Sequence record: NC_061444.1
DNA length: 64,000 nt
Strand: one strand, 5' to 3'
The stretch's first letter is position 1; each line of letters opens with the position of its first letter. A program made the position numbers and the translations under genes. The notes beneath the pieces were generated by a model. It saw only the letters and a program-made list of their open reading frames with translations. It was not told the origin of the DNA and made no database searches. Positions 9,260 through 18,468 of the stretch are shown one piece after another.

Positions 9260-10936
9260 TTACTGACTCAGAGTTGTGGAGGTACTGCCTGTCGGGTTGA
9301 TGTTGAAACGATAGATCAGACGCTTAGTAGTACGCGTCGGGTCCAACACGATATCCAGAATCAGGTCGCCATTAGCGATAGTCTGGTTGGTGTTGTTGTT
9401 CTCGTCACAAACAACCTGATAGCCCTGAGAGCCAGAGCTACCGCTACGCAGACCACGAGCCAGTTTGATTTCTTCGAGGAACTTCTCGACGATGCCTTTC
9501 AGATAGCCACGCAGGATGCTATCGTTCGGGTCAAACAGGCCAACGCGGCAGGTGCGCTGACAGACCTCAAGCACGTAGCCAACCATACGCTGAATCTGAA
9601 TCTGCTGGAAAGCAGAGTTCTGATTGTACTGAGTGCTCGCTTCCCACACAGCATAACCGCCACCCATGACGCTAGGCAGCTTACGAATGTAGTTCACTTG
9701 CTCACGCGTCATAGCATCACGGTCATCCTGATCGTACTTCTGAGCGATTTCCAAGAAGTCGAGAGGAGCAGACGCAGTGATACCAGCAGGTGCGAACCAG
9801 CTACCACGGTTGTTATCCGTGTACGCGAACACAGCACAGATCTGACCTACACACGCAGTCCACAGATAGCGGCCAGTGTCTTCGTCGAAGATCTTGATAT
9901 CAGGCGTATACAGAGCCATGTTGGTGTCGTTAACGTTCAGCGTCTGACGGCGATAGCGAATCGCTTTAGACACAGACTGTTCAGACGACGGGATGCCACA
10001 GATAACGAAACAGTTAACGTGCGCAGCAGCAGCGGCTTTCATGCCACGGTGAACGATGTAATCCTGAGTAGGACTAATCAGCAGCGTCACGCGAACTTCT
10101 TCTGGGTCACCGAAGTATTCCTGATATGCTTTCGCAAAGTCATCAGAAGTACAGGTGTCACCATCAGCACCACCTTGGAAGAAGATGAAGTCAGTGGTGA
10201 AGAAGTCGATATCGGTAGTGAAGTACGGGTTGCGAATGAAGCGGAAGTTTGAGCTTTCGTTCTCCATCGCATAGTCAATACGATATTGGCGGTCGAACTC
10301 ATCCGCATAATCGTACAGGCTGCACTGGTAAGAGTTTACCGGGCTGCTGCCGTTCTGATAGTTCTCGTACTCGTCGATATAAAACAGTTTCGTGTTATAT
10401 GACTTACGGTCGTCGAATGGGTCAAGACCCTTAGGACAGGCCGGACGAATCTGCAACGCCATCTGGTTGTTCCAGTCGCCTGGGTTTTCCAGAATAACGT
10501 AACCGATGATGTTATCGTTCAACGGGTCAGTAGGCAGGAATCCCAGCTGATCAGGAGAATCAACACCGACGATGTTACCATCTTCATCAGTGTAAGGGGT
10601 AATACGCACTACAGGCTGAACAGCAGTCGCGTCATCAACAGTAACCACACCGACCGCGTATTTTGCGTTCTTAGTGATACGGACGAACTTGAGCTGGTTA
10701 GTCTGTTTCGCAACAGGCAGCGCGAGATACAGGCCGAGGCCATACTTAGGATCTTTTGCACCGAAGATGTTTTTCAAATCATCTTTATTACGCACATCAA
10801 CACGCTGGTTTACAGGACCGCGACGAGCCTGACCAACAATGCCTACTACTGCCGTAGATAAAGACGTTGCACCAACGGAGAGATCCCGTACACCAGTATA
10901 AACACCAGCAGAGGAATGCGTTGAGTTAACGGGCAT
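9260..10936 (-). CDS. Tail sheath protein (contractile tail)
   Basis: N-terminal SAGVYTGVRDLS, IVGQARRGPVN, C-terminal SWFAPAG, QVNYIR, IQIQRM, VCDENNNTNQTIANGDLILDIVLDP; start moved to ATG 10936 with AGGAGA RBS. Confidence 0.92.
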   Translation of the reverse strand: MPVNSTHSSAGVYTGVRDLSVGATSLSTAVVGIVGQARRGPVNQRVDVRNKDDLKNIFGAKDPKYGLGLYLALPVAKQTNQLKFVRITKNAKYAVGVVTVDDATAVQPVVRITPYTDEDGNIVGVDSPDQLGFLPTDPLNDNIIGYVILENPGDWNNQMALQIRPACPKGLDPFDDRKSYNTKLFYIDEYENYQNGSSPVNSYQCSLYDYADEFDRQYRIDYAMENESSNFRFIRNPYFTTDIDFFTTDFIFFQGGADGDTCTSDDFAKAYQEYFGDPEEVRVTLLISPTQDYIVHRGMKAAAAAHVNCFVICGIPSSEQSVSKAIRYRRQTLNVNDTNMALYTPDIKIFDEDTGRYLWTACVGQICAVFAYTDNNRGSWFAPAGITASAPLDFLEIAQKYDQDDRDAMTREQVNYIRKLPSVMGGGYAVWEASTQYNQNSAFQQIQIQRMVGYVLEVCQRTCRVGLFDPNDSILRGYLKGIVEKFLEEIKLARGLRSGSSGSQGYQVVCDENNNTNQTIANGDLILDIVLDPTRTTKRLIYRFNINPTGSTSTTLSQ

Positions 10937-10961
10937 GATTTGTCTCCTTATATGACTGTCT

Positions 10962-10969
10962 GAAATTAT
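10962..10969 (-). promoter_or_regulatory. Putative phage promoter motif B (TAATTT)
   Basis: ATAATTTCAGACAG, 26 nt upstream of the sheath start and just downstream of a terminator. Confidence 0.5.
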
Positions 10970-10990
10970 CGTATAAGCGACAAGAAATGC

Positions 10991-11017
10991 AAAAGGGGCA
11001 GCCGAAGCCACCCCTTT
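10991..11017 (-). terminator. Rho-independent terminator (repeated GGGTGGC-TTCG-GCTGCCC family)
   Basis: GGGGTGGC-TTCG-GCTGCCCC-TTTT. Confidence 0.8.
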
Positions 11018-11020
11018 GTT

Positions 11021-12106
11021 TTAACAATCACAACCTACTGAATCGAAGTCGAGTTTCAGGCCAGGATAGAGTTCATTAAACTCCGTAAGCGGCATATTGA
11101 AACCGGCAGCACTGACATGGCCATCGCCACCACGAGTACGCGCAATATAACGAGCGCTACCCTTATGACCTTCAGGATATCCCTGAGAGCGACAGCTAAC
11201 GTAAACACGGTCTGGGTCACGATGACCTTTACGTACCAGCAGCACTGTCTGGAAGTGTGCATAGTTTTCGTAGACGTAGGTACCTGTTTCAGATGCGATG
11301 CCTTTGTCACAAGGCACCACAGCGTGTTTCACATCAATCAACGAGTTAGGCTCTGAGAAGAAGCTGTTCTCCTCAATCATCTGACGAATCTTTTCGTCAC
11401 GGATTTCGATATTCTTGAAACCTTGTTCGATGATTTGTTCGATATTGCCAGCAAGGATAATCTTGTAGGCTTTACGAACGGTCGGCGGCATTTCAGTGTA
11501 GACATGACCACACTTCTCTACTTCCGAGAACACGTCTTTCGAATAACCTTCGTAGAACGCGAACGCACGTTTGTTTGTGCGAATCCACAGGTCACGGTCT
11601 GACACCAGCTGCGCACAGCGAATGAGGTTATCGGTGCAAGCATACTGGTGCTGTTGGAACTCAGATACATGAGCCATGTACGCGAGCAGCGCACCACTGC
11701 CACCAGCAGCGAAAGTAAGTTGCAAAGGACTTACTTGCTTACGCACACCTTTATCGTCGTAGGCTTCGATGGCAGCGCACTCTTCGGCATACTTCTCGTG
11801 GCTGCGACAATCATGGTGGTCGAGCACCTTGAAGTTACCGCCATAGCGATGCGTGAAGATAGCCATCTGCTTTTCAGTGAAAGAGAAGTCAACTACAATA
11901 ACGCGTTTATACAGCGCATCTTTACCGCCTTCGAGCCCAGGAATATCTTCCATGAGAACTCCGTCAGCAGTAACTATATCCCCTTGATCTTGTGCGTAGA
12001 CAGCAGGGAAGAAGTGGAGCGTATCGTTGGGATACGCAAGTGCTGTAATAGCAGCGGCAAAACTACCATCAGCACATCCTTGATGATAAACAACAAGTGT
12101 AGTCAT
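11021..12106 (-). CDS. DHH-family phosphoesterase (NrnB/nano-RNase-like)
   Basis: YHQGCADG, VVDFSF, LDHH, SGALLAY, DRDLW, C-terminal GGDGHVSAAGF. Confidence 0.85.
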   Translation of the reverse strand: MTTLVVYHQGCADGSFAAAITALAYPNDTLHFFPAVYAQDQGDIVTADGVLMEDIPGLEGGKDALYKRVIVVDFSFTEKQMAIFTHRYGGNFKVLDHHDCRSHEKYAEECAAIEAYDDKGVRKQVSPLQLTFAAGGSGALLAYMAHVSEFQQHQYACTDNLIRCAQLVSDRDLWIRTNKRAFAFYEGYSKDVFSEVEKCGHVYTEMPPTVRKAYKIILAGNIEQIIEQGFKNIEIRDEKIRQMIEENSFFSEPNSLIDVKHAVVPCDKGIASETGTYVYENYAHFQTVLLVRKGHRDPDRVYVSCRSQGYPEGHKGSARYIARTRGGDGHVSAAGFNMPLTEFNELYPGLKLDFDSVGCDC

Positions 12107-12108
12107 GA

Positions 12109-12981
12109 CTAAACCCAGTGGTTATTAGAATTTGAGTCGGTCGCTGATTGACCTTTCGCGTGGGCAATCATGTGACGCAGGCCCTCCAGTGTCTGTTCGA
12201 GATTGTAGCGGTACTGCGCGTCAGCAACTCCTTCACCGTGATGGAATGCGATAGAAAACAGTTTCCATTCATCGGACTGTCGGAGCGCCTCAATCTTATG
12301 ATAGAGAATCTGACGACGTTCACGCGCACGTAACAGACGTTGCACTAAATTAAGTGGATCGTGAGATTTCGAAGCAAGTTCAATGTGAATTGCGTCCAAT
12401 CCTTCATAATCCAAACGAGAGACGGCATCTTTAGCCTTCAGGAACAACTCACGACGACGCAGTTGCTCTTGCTCGGACATATGGCGGCACCGGTCTGGAT
12501 GCGTCATACGCGCGATTGCTTTGTAGACAGCCTTACACTTACGAATAAGTTCCGAACGTGACCAGCGTTCGTGTTCTGCCTGTGTATCGGCATCGGATTC
12601 GTTGTCACGCGTTTCGTGGTCAGTGTCTTCCTGATCGAAGTTGTCTTCCAGAATCTTTTTCAAGTCTTCTGCATTGGCTTGGTCTTCGAGGTCATCAGAC
12701 TCGGCCATATTAATCAGCAGCGCTTGCAGTTCCGCATTAAGACGCTCGACTTCCATGATAAGAGGTTTGTTTTTGGCATTCAGCTTATCAATGATCTTTG
12801 TTACGCGTTCGCAGTCTGCACTGTATCGCAGTTCGAGGGCTGATACTTCTTCGAGAATTTCCTCAAGTGTCTCACCGCCCTCAGACTCAAGAGTTTGAAA
12901 CTCCAGTTCATCGGCGAGACTAACAGCAGTGCCTAACAGCGCGGGATGTTGAGGGATAACCATCAACTGAGTATTTGTCAT
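12109..12981 (-). CDS. J-domain (DnaJ-like) protein with coiled-coil N-terminus
   Basis: CKAVYKAIARMTHPDR carries the HPD motif in a helical context; no G/F region or Zn finger. Confidence 0.7.
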   Translation of the reverse strand: MTNTQLMVIPQHPALLGTAVSLADELEFQTLESEGGETLEEILEEVSALELRYSADCERVTKIIDKLNAKNKPLIMEVERLNAELQALLINMAESDDLEDQANAEDLKKILEDNFDQEDTDHETRDNESDADTQAEHERWSRSELIRKCKAVYKAIARMTHPDRCRHMSEQEQLRRRELFLKAKDAVSRLDYEGLDAIHIELASKSHDPLNLVQRLLRARERRQILYHKIEALRQSDEWKLFSIAFHHGEGVADAQYRYNLEQTLEGLRHMIAHAKGQSATDSNSNNHWV

Positions 12982-13172
12982 GGGCGCGTCAGCTCCGAGA
13001 TTGGTTTAGCTACCAGTTCTGCAATGCGCTGTGGGCACTGAGGATTGCGCTTCAAGTTCTTGTGCAACCATTGCAGGTTATTACCAGACGAAGACACCTC
13101 AGCGCGGAAGCTAGGCAGTTTAAGTTCGTCACGGTGTTTAGCCAGCAGCGCATTCAGTTCATTCAGTAACAT
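12978..13172 (-). CDS. Hypothetical protein
   Basis: 64 aa; 4-nt overlap with the next gene; AGG RBS. Confidence 0.65.
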   Translation of the reverse strand: MLLNELNALLAKHRDELKLPSFRAEVSSSGNNLQWLHKNLKRNPQCPQRIAELVAKPISELTRP

Positions 13173-13181
13173 TATTTTTCC

Positions 13182-13802
13182 TTAAAGAGAAGAAGTCATC
13201 AGTTCGAGAACATTGGAAACTACATGCGCAGGACCGATTGAAATACCGGTATGCGCTTGCAGGTGAATACGTTTCGTAAAAAGTTCAAGCGGGTCGGGCC
13301 CGCCGCCTGTCACTACGATGCGAGGTATCTTCGGGAACATCTCAAGGATATCACGCAGTCGTTCAATCTTATAGCTTGTGCTGTCCATAGTTACGTTGGT
13401 CAACACTAACAATGACGGTCGCTTGCTTTTGAGTTGTTCATAGTCGAAGCGATCACCATACAGCGTTACCCAGCGAGGCTTGAGCGCTGTTTCTGCGCTG
13501 TCTTCTACTGCGGCATTGAAGATATTCAACGCTGCCATTTTCGCTCGGTAGTCATTCGGGAAACTGCTAATCACCGTGATACGAGGATCAGACTCAAACG
13601 GATTCTGAATCATCTTCGCAAGGTGAGTAAGCTGTTTGGTCTTCGATACAACACGACCCTTGAAGTATGGCGACAGAGGTTTGTAGTCTTGCGCTGCCTC
13701 TACCACATCAAAGTTCTCGCGCTTGCCAAACAGAAGCTGGGGGTCTACACCCAGCGTTTGCATTTGCTTTGCCACAGCAGGTTCAAAATCGAATGTTAAC
13801 AC
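13182..13802 (-). CDS. Hypothetical protein, possibly degenerate DnaC/IstB-like AAA+ fold
   Basis: GTG start with GGAGG RBS; strand/helix order RITVISS..., RWVTL, SLLVLTNV, PRIVVTG parallels DnaC but the Walker residues are absent. Confidence 0.4.
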   Translation of the reverse strand: MLTFDFEPAVAKQMQTLGVDPQLLFGKRENFDVVEAAQDYKPLSPYFKGRVVSKTKQLTHLAKMIQNPFESDPRITVISSFPNDYRAKMAALNIFNAAVEDSAETALKPRWVTLYGDRFDYEQLKSKRPSLLVLTNVTMDSTSYKIERLRDILEMFPKIPRIVVTGGGPDPLELFTKRIHLQAHTGISIGPAHVVSNVLELMTSSL

Positions 13803-13822
13803 AATACCCTCCGTTGTTCATG

Positions 13823-14182
13823 TCAGGTATTTACAGATTCTGGAGCGCGTTGCCACACGACGAATTTGACATTCAGGCACGTCTTTTCGCTACGAGCGCG
13901 ATCACGTGGGTCATATCTGAATGCGTGACTCAGGAAATGATCTTCACGTTTAGGACCACTGAAAGGGCTATATGCAGGATTAGCCACAGACGAGTATGTA
14001 TGGCTTTCGATATTAACCAGATTGTCAATACGAAGAACACCAGGAACATCAAACACAGTAGGAACTTTGCTGGGGTCAAAAGTAGGCTCACACATCTTTT
14101 CGTGATAAGAAACAAGCGCTTTCACCAACAGTTGTCCGGCATACGTAGACAGCGTGAGATCATACTCGGTTCTAAATTCCAT
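13823..14182 (-). CDS. Hypothetical protein
   Basis: 119 aa, GGAG RBS, packed in operon. Confidence 0.7.
   Translation of the reverse strand: MEFRTEYDLTLSTYAGQLLVKALVSYHEKMCEPTFDPSKVPTVFDVPGVLRIDNLVNIESHTYSSVANPAYSPFSGPKREDHFLSHAFRYDPRDRARSEKTCLNVKFVVWQRAPESVNT
13828..13836 (-). promoter_or_regulatory. Putative phage promoter motif A (CTGTAAATA)
   Basis: Exact motif 26 nt upstream of start 13802. Confidence 0.5.
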
Positions 14183-14198
14183 GGTGTTCTCCTTGTTA

Positions 14199-14570
14199 CT
14201 ACATCAACGGCATTCCTGGATCGACGTAAGTGTATTGGAACACGATACGCCAGCCGGATGCCACAGTTTTATCTTCGTGGAAACGGAAGCCGTAGAACAG
14301 GATAAGTCCTTTAGCTTCCGGTGCCAGTGTTGGCTCGTAGATAGTAAACGCTTCTTCGAGCTTGAGGGCATCAGCGATATTGATTGCCCAGCTATCGAGA
14401 TCAAACGGACCTTCAGGAACTTCCCACGACAGCGTATGCTTCTGCCAGTGTTCGGCTTGCATGTCGGTGTCTTTGGAAATCCAGTCTAGGTGCTTGAGTC
14501 CCATGTGCAGAGCAACAGCGTGTGGAATGCCGTGCTCTTTCATGTAGCGTTGCAGTTGATCAAGACGCAT
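14199..14570 (-). CDS. Hypothetical protein
   Basis: 123 aa, AAGGA RBS, overlaps upstream gene end. Confidence 0.7.
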   Translation of the reverse strand: MRLDQLQRYMKEHGIPHAVALHMGLKHLDWISKDTDMQAEHWQKHTLSWEVPEGPFDLDSWAINIADALKLEEAFTIYEPTLAPEAKGLILFYGFRFHEDKTVASGWRIVFQYTYVDPGMPLM

Positions 14571-14883
14571 TGCATGATTCCTTAATGGTACGTGGGAAGA
14601 CTGTCACGTTAATGCGCGTGTGGTCTTTGTGCTCAGGATGCGGTAGGCATTCATGGGACACAAGCCAGATGTTCGTACACTCCAGTTTATCACGCATAAC
14701 CATTAACAGGTTGGACATGACAGACACGGAATGAACGAAGTTGGAGAAGTCGAGAGTAATGGTAATGACCTCACTCGTCGGCTCCTCGTCACCGTTACGC
14801 CACTGACTAACGTTCATTGACAGGCGGGATGCTTCACTCTTAATCATATCCATATCGAGAGTGTGCGGTAAACGCTCTTTCAT
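14560..14883 (-). CDS. Hypothetical protein
   Basis: 107 aa, AGGAG RBS. Confidence 0.7.
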   Translation of the reverse strand: MKERLPHTLDMDMIKSEASRLSMNVSQWRNGDEEPTSEVITITLDFSNFVHSVSVMSNLLMVMRDKLECTNIWLVSHECLPHPEHKDHTRINVTVFPRTIKESCNAS

Positions 14884-14916
14884 TTAAGCTCCTTATAGCT
14901 TCAAAGAGACAGTCTA

Positions 14917-14924
14917 TAAATTAA
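14917..14924 (-). promoter_or_regulatory. Putative phage promoter motif B (TAATTT)
   Basis: TTAATTTATAGACTG, 34 nt upstream of start 14883. Confidence 0.35.
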
Positions 14925-15412
14925 AGAGCGAGACCTTTCAGGAGCAAACGCGCTGCGGCCGTGAACTGTTTCTTTTTCAGGTCAGGCAGCTTGCTGTATA
15001 GGTCGATGATATCCGCAAGGCCGAGATCATTTTCATCTTCAACCACGTTTTCGTCATCGGCATAGCGACCTTCTTGTCCAGCAACACCATCAACGCCTCT
15101 CTGCCAATTAGCTTTAGTGACAGTCAGACGGAACGTGCCTTGAACTTGTTCCGTACTACGCCCGCTTACGTCTACTGGATTACGCACAACAGTATGATTG
15201 AGATCTGCAACGCGCTGCACAGCAAAGCCGTCAGGGAACGCATCAAAAACAGCGGTCAGATCAATATCAGCCTGATTGTTAGGCGCAGGCGCTTTTGCAA
15301 CGAACGAAACAATAAACGTTTCGCCGCCTTCAACGTCGTACTGACCATCCATAATAATCTTTGGATTGGCGCGTAGAGTGTTGACGATAAGAGTATGCAG
15401 TGGATCGAACAT
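14921..15412 (-). CDS. Hypothetical protein
   Basis: 163 aa, GAGG RBS, 2 nt from upstream gene. Confidence 0.7.
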   Translation of the reverse strand: MFDPLHTLIVNTLRANPKIIMDGQYDVEGGETFIVSFVAKAPAPNNQADIDLTAVFDAFPDGFAVQRVADLNHTVVRNPVDVSGRSTEQVQGTFRLTVTKANWQRGVDGVAGQEGRYADDENVVEDENDLGLADIIDLYSKLPDLKKKQFTAAARLLLKGLAL

Positions 15413-15414
15413 GA

Positions 15415-15873
15415 TTACTTCCTCAGATAATCTGCCAGCATTTGGATATGGTCTTTAATCATATCTTTCTGGACGATAGTGAGTCGATTGAATGGAGGCA
15501 GATCAGGATAGATACCCTGCATAGCCAGATACGTTGTCTGAATGTTTGGTGCAGGACGTTCACCGCGAGCAAACACACAGTTCTGATAAATGTACGCTGG
15601 TGGCTGGCCGTAGAGATTATCGTCAACCAGAACACAATCGCAACGCACTAACACAAGGTTCTTGCCTAACTTTTCTTCAACTTCTTTCATGTTGACGAGT
15701 TTGAGCACTTCATACGTTGCGTCTACAGTGCTGGTGGCAGACCCTGCGATAGATACGTCAAGTCGCAGGTCCAGCGTATATGTTAAGCTAGGAGAAGCTG
15801 GTGACGTAACCATGTTGAAGCCCTCCTCCTTGAGGGCTTTGTGTAGTAGATCTTCCAGACTATTAGTTGACAT
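15415..15873 (-). CDS. Hypothetical protein
   Basis: 152 aa, TAATG coupling with helicase stop. Confidence 0.7.
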   Translation of the reverse strand: MSTNSLEDLLHKALKEEGFNMVTSPASPSLTYTLDLRLDVSIAGSATSTVDATYEVLKLVNMKEVEEKLGKNLVLVRCDCVLVDDNLYGQPPAYIYQNCVFARGERPAPNIQTTYLAMQGIYPDLPPFNRLTIVQKDMIKDHIQMLADYLRK

Positions 15874-17474
15874 TAGAATCGCCTCATGCCTAAGTTAGAC
15901 GGCTGGCCTTTCACACGCGCTTCTGGTTCGAAGTAATCAGGCAACTCGCTATCAAGCGCTTCACTTCTCGACACAACGCCCATCCAATCACGCAGCTTCT
16001 TCGGTGTACGCTTCGCTTTCGCGTAACCAAACTTCCAGCACATCTTGAGAACGGAGCGAGCACACTGCATCGAACGTTCCATCTTTGGATCAATGAACAT
16101 ACGAATCACAGGCGTCCGCTTGTTTTCCATCGGCGTCAGAATACGACACGATTCCTGTTTCCAGTTCGGTTCGTTATTCATCGGCATGATGTAGTACAGC
16201 GTGTCCCACTTCGGAACGTTCAGACCGCGCTGCATCAGCTTACGCATACCAACAACGCAACGTATCTTACCTTCACGCGCTGCATCAATAATCGGCTTAC
16301 GCTTCTTCGCTTCTTTCGCACCTCCAAGGAACACAGCAGCAACTTCTTCCATGTAATGCTCATTGATACGCTGCACCAGACGACGTGCTTGATCAGTGAA
16401 CATGATTGGGATTGCGATACTTCGACCAGCATCAAGGTCTTTGATAATCCATTCAAAGATCTTGTCGTTACGGTCTGGATGATTCGCAAGGAACTTACAG
16501 AATCGCACCCAACCACTTTTGGTGTTGTAGTTCGCTTTCGACTGCACTCGGTTAGAAGTCTTGTGCAACGTTACTTTCGGCACAAGCTCCTCAACGAACG
16601 CTTCGGCAATCACAGGCCCGAAGATAGATTCAATCAGGTAGTGACGTCCATCTTTACGCTTCGGTGTTGCAGTCAGACCAAAACGATACTTCATTTTCAG
16701 GCTGGCCAGCACACGGCTATAGCAGCTTGCGTTTCCAGCGTGACATTCATCGACGAACAGCGTACCGTAGTTCTCGTTCAGCAACTTGAGTCGCTTCTTC
16801 GAGTTCTTACTGTCGGAGATCAGAGACTGATAGGTCACGAGGATAATCTGGAAGTTCTTATAGTCATCCAGAGTCTTCGGGAACCCATACAGCTTCTTGC
16901 CGTACTTCTCTTCCAGCTCAGGCAGATTCGTCATCGCTTCGATAGTCTCTAAGAAACCATCGAGGAAGTCTTTCTGGTCAGCCATAATGACTGTACGGAA
17001 ACCAGAGTGACATGCACCAGCAGTACCGATAACTGTCTTACCAGAACGAGGCGGCGCTTTAAACACACCACACAGTTCACCGAACATCTTCTCGAACGGT
17101 TCTTCCTGATACTCACGCAGCTTGCCCGTGAACTTCACTTTATAGTCGTAAGGTACGCGACTCGTTCCATTCACGAACTTCACTTCTTTCAGGCTCAACC
17201 CTGCTGTCTTCTCGAAACGGTGCATCTCACCGTACGGGATAGACACGTAACGCTTACCCTTAATCTCAGAGTATTTCGCCAGCACGGTAATATCGAGCAG
17301 ACCGCCTTTAGAACACGAACGGCATTCTTCGGACGGTCGTATAGAACGAAACTCACAGTTCTTACAAACGGCGTTGTCGAACTCGTAGTGAGTCATCTTC
17401 TTGATGATGTTGTCTGCGTCCACAACCTTAACTGGAATGTGCAGACGGCTATCGACCAATACTTTGGCAGTCAC
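15873..17474 (-). CDS. uvsW: UvsW-like superfamily 2 DNA helicase
   Basis: KLREYQ Q-motif, APPRSGKT Walker A, DECH, GLTATPKRKDG, GLNVP motif V; N-terminal CxxC-x8-CxxC. Confidence 0.85.
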   Translation of the reverse strand: MTAKVLVDSRLHIPVKVVDADNIIKKMTHYEFDNAVCKNCEFRSIRPSEECRSCSKGGLLDITVLAKYSEIKGKRYVSIPYGEMHRFEKTAGLSLKEVKFVNGTSRVPYDYKVKFTGKLREYQEEPFEKMFGELCGVFKAPPRSGKTVIGTAGACHSGFRTVIMADQKDFLDGFLETIEAMTNLPELEEKYGKKLYGFPKTLDDYKNFQIILVTYQSLISDSKNSKKRLKLLNENYGTLFVDECHAGNASCYSRVLASLKMKYRFGLTATPKRKDGRHYLIESIFGPVIAEAFVEELVPKVTLHKTSNRVQSKANYNTKSGWVRFCKFLANHPDRNDKIFEWIIKDLDAGRSIAIPIMFTDQARRLVQRINEHYMEEVAAVFLGGAKEAKKRKPIIDAAREGKIRCVVGMRKLMQRGLNVPKWDTLYYIMPMNNEPNWKQESCRILTPMENKRTPVIRMFIDPKMERSMQCARSVLKMCWKFGYAKAKRTPKKLRDWMGVVSRSEALDSELPDYFEPEARVKGQPSNLGMRRF

Positions 17475-17476
17475 AT

Positions 17477-18022
17477 CTATTTCCTTGAGTTCGGCAGACC
17501 GTACTCACGCTGATTGATGATGTTCATCGTATCGACAAGTGCTCGGTATGCGAAGCCACACTTATCAATGTCCTTGATATACAGGTCCAACTCTTCCTTG
17601 AGTAGTTCAAGCTGATCAGCGTATCGGTAGTATTCGGCCATAATGTTTCTGACACAACGCTCACGTTCTTTCGCAGCGCCGACGGCTTTCAGATCTTTTG
17701 CATACGTGACCGAGGCATAATCCTGAAATCGTTCTAACATATCATTTAACAGTTTTGAGGCTGTGTGGATATGCGTCATGATCTCAGTCATACGGCTTCG
17801 GTACGACTGATCTTGAATTATCGACTCGGCAACTTTGTTCAGTGCTTGAGGGTCAGAGATGTTGAGCGTTCTGACCTTACGCATCTTAAACAGCTTACGC
17901 GCTTCGTCTTGCAGTTCGGCGAGAGGTTGCTGAAAGATATCATTCGTTTTGTAGATATCCCGCAGCTTCTTATAGCGCTTGTCATTCTTGACCTTTATTC
18001 GAATGCGCTTTAGGTCGTCCAT
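17477..18022 (-). CDS. Helical protein, possible UvsY-like recombination mediator
   Basis: 181 aa coiled-coil next to the UvsW-like gene; C-terminal IKDIDKCGFAYRALVD resembles T4 UvsY LDAIKSRGFAIKHIQD (from memory). Confidence 0.45.
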   Translation of the reverse strand: MDDLKRIRIKVKNDKRYKKLRDIYKTNDIFQQPLAELQDEARKLFKMRKVRTLNISDPQALNKVAESIIQDQSYRSRMTEIMTHIHTASKLLNDMLERFQDYASVTYAKDLKAVGAAKERERCVRNIMAEYYRYADQLELLKEELDLYIKDIDKCGFAYRALVDTMNIINQREYGLPNSRK

Positions 18023-18468
18023 TAATCACCTTTGTCAGTTACGAGAATCGGACTCTCAGGAGTCTTGTTCGGCATAGCAAAGAAGCTGCCATGCTCGTCC
18101 CGATAAATTAGCAGACCCCCAGAAGGACCTTCGATAGGACAGGTGAAGTTGTGCAGTTTTTCGAGCGGTGGCATATAACCAACAGTCACATCGTTGAACG
18201 TACACCACTTCGCAGACACTTCAAGCAACGAACCTACAACTGTATCAGCAAGGCGCAGATACGATTGCTTGAAGTGATAGCTATGTTCAATAGGCGCAAC
18301 GCTATCAATGTCCAGCGTATCACCATACACAGCTTTATAGATCAGACAGAAACGACGACGCCCACGCGGGGCATTAGGTATTTCATACAGAACATCATGT
18401 ATGAGTGAACAAACGTCCCCAGAGAGGACGTTTTTCTTGATGGCTACTTTAGCCCATCTTACTGTCAT
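18022..18468 (-). CDS. Hypothetical protein
   Basis: 148 aa, overlapping stop/start with both neighbours. Confidence 0.65.
   Translation of the reverse strand: MTVRWAKVAIKKNVLSGDVCSLIHDVLYEIPNAPRGRRRFCLIYKAVYGDTLDIDSVAPIEHSYHFKQSYLRLADTVVGSLLEVSAKWCTFNDVTVGYMPPLEKLHNFTCPIEGPSGGLLIYRDEHGSFFAMPNKTPESPILVTDKGD

Noticed and set aside
9260-10936. Tail sheath without adjacent tube gene as evidence of a tailocin or eCIS
   Set aside because: Scattered structural genes are usual in jumbo phages, and the surrounding replication and lysis genes indicate a phage genome.
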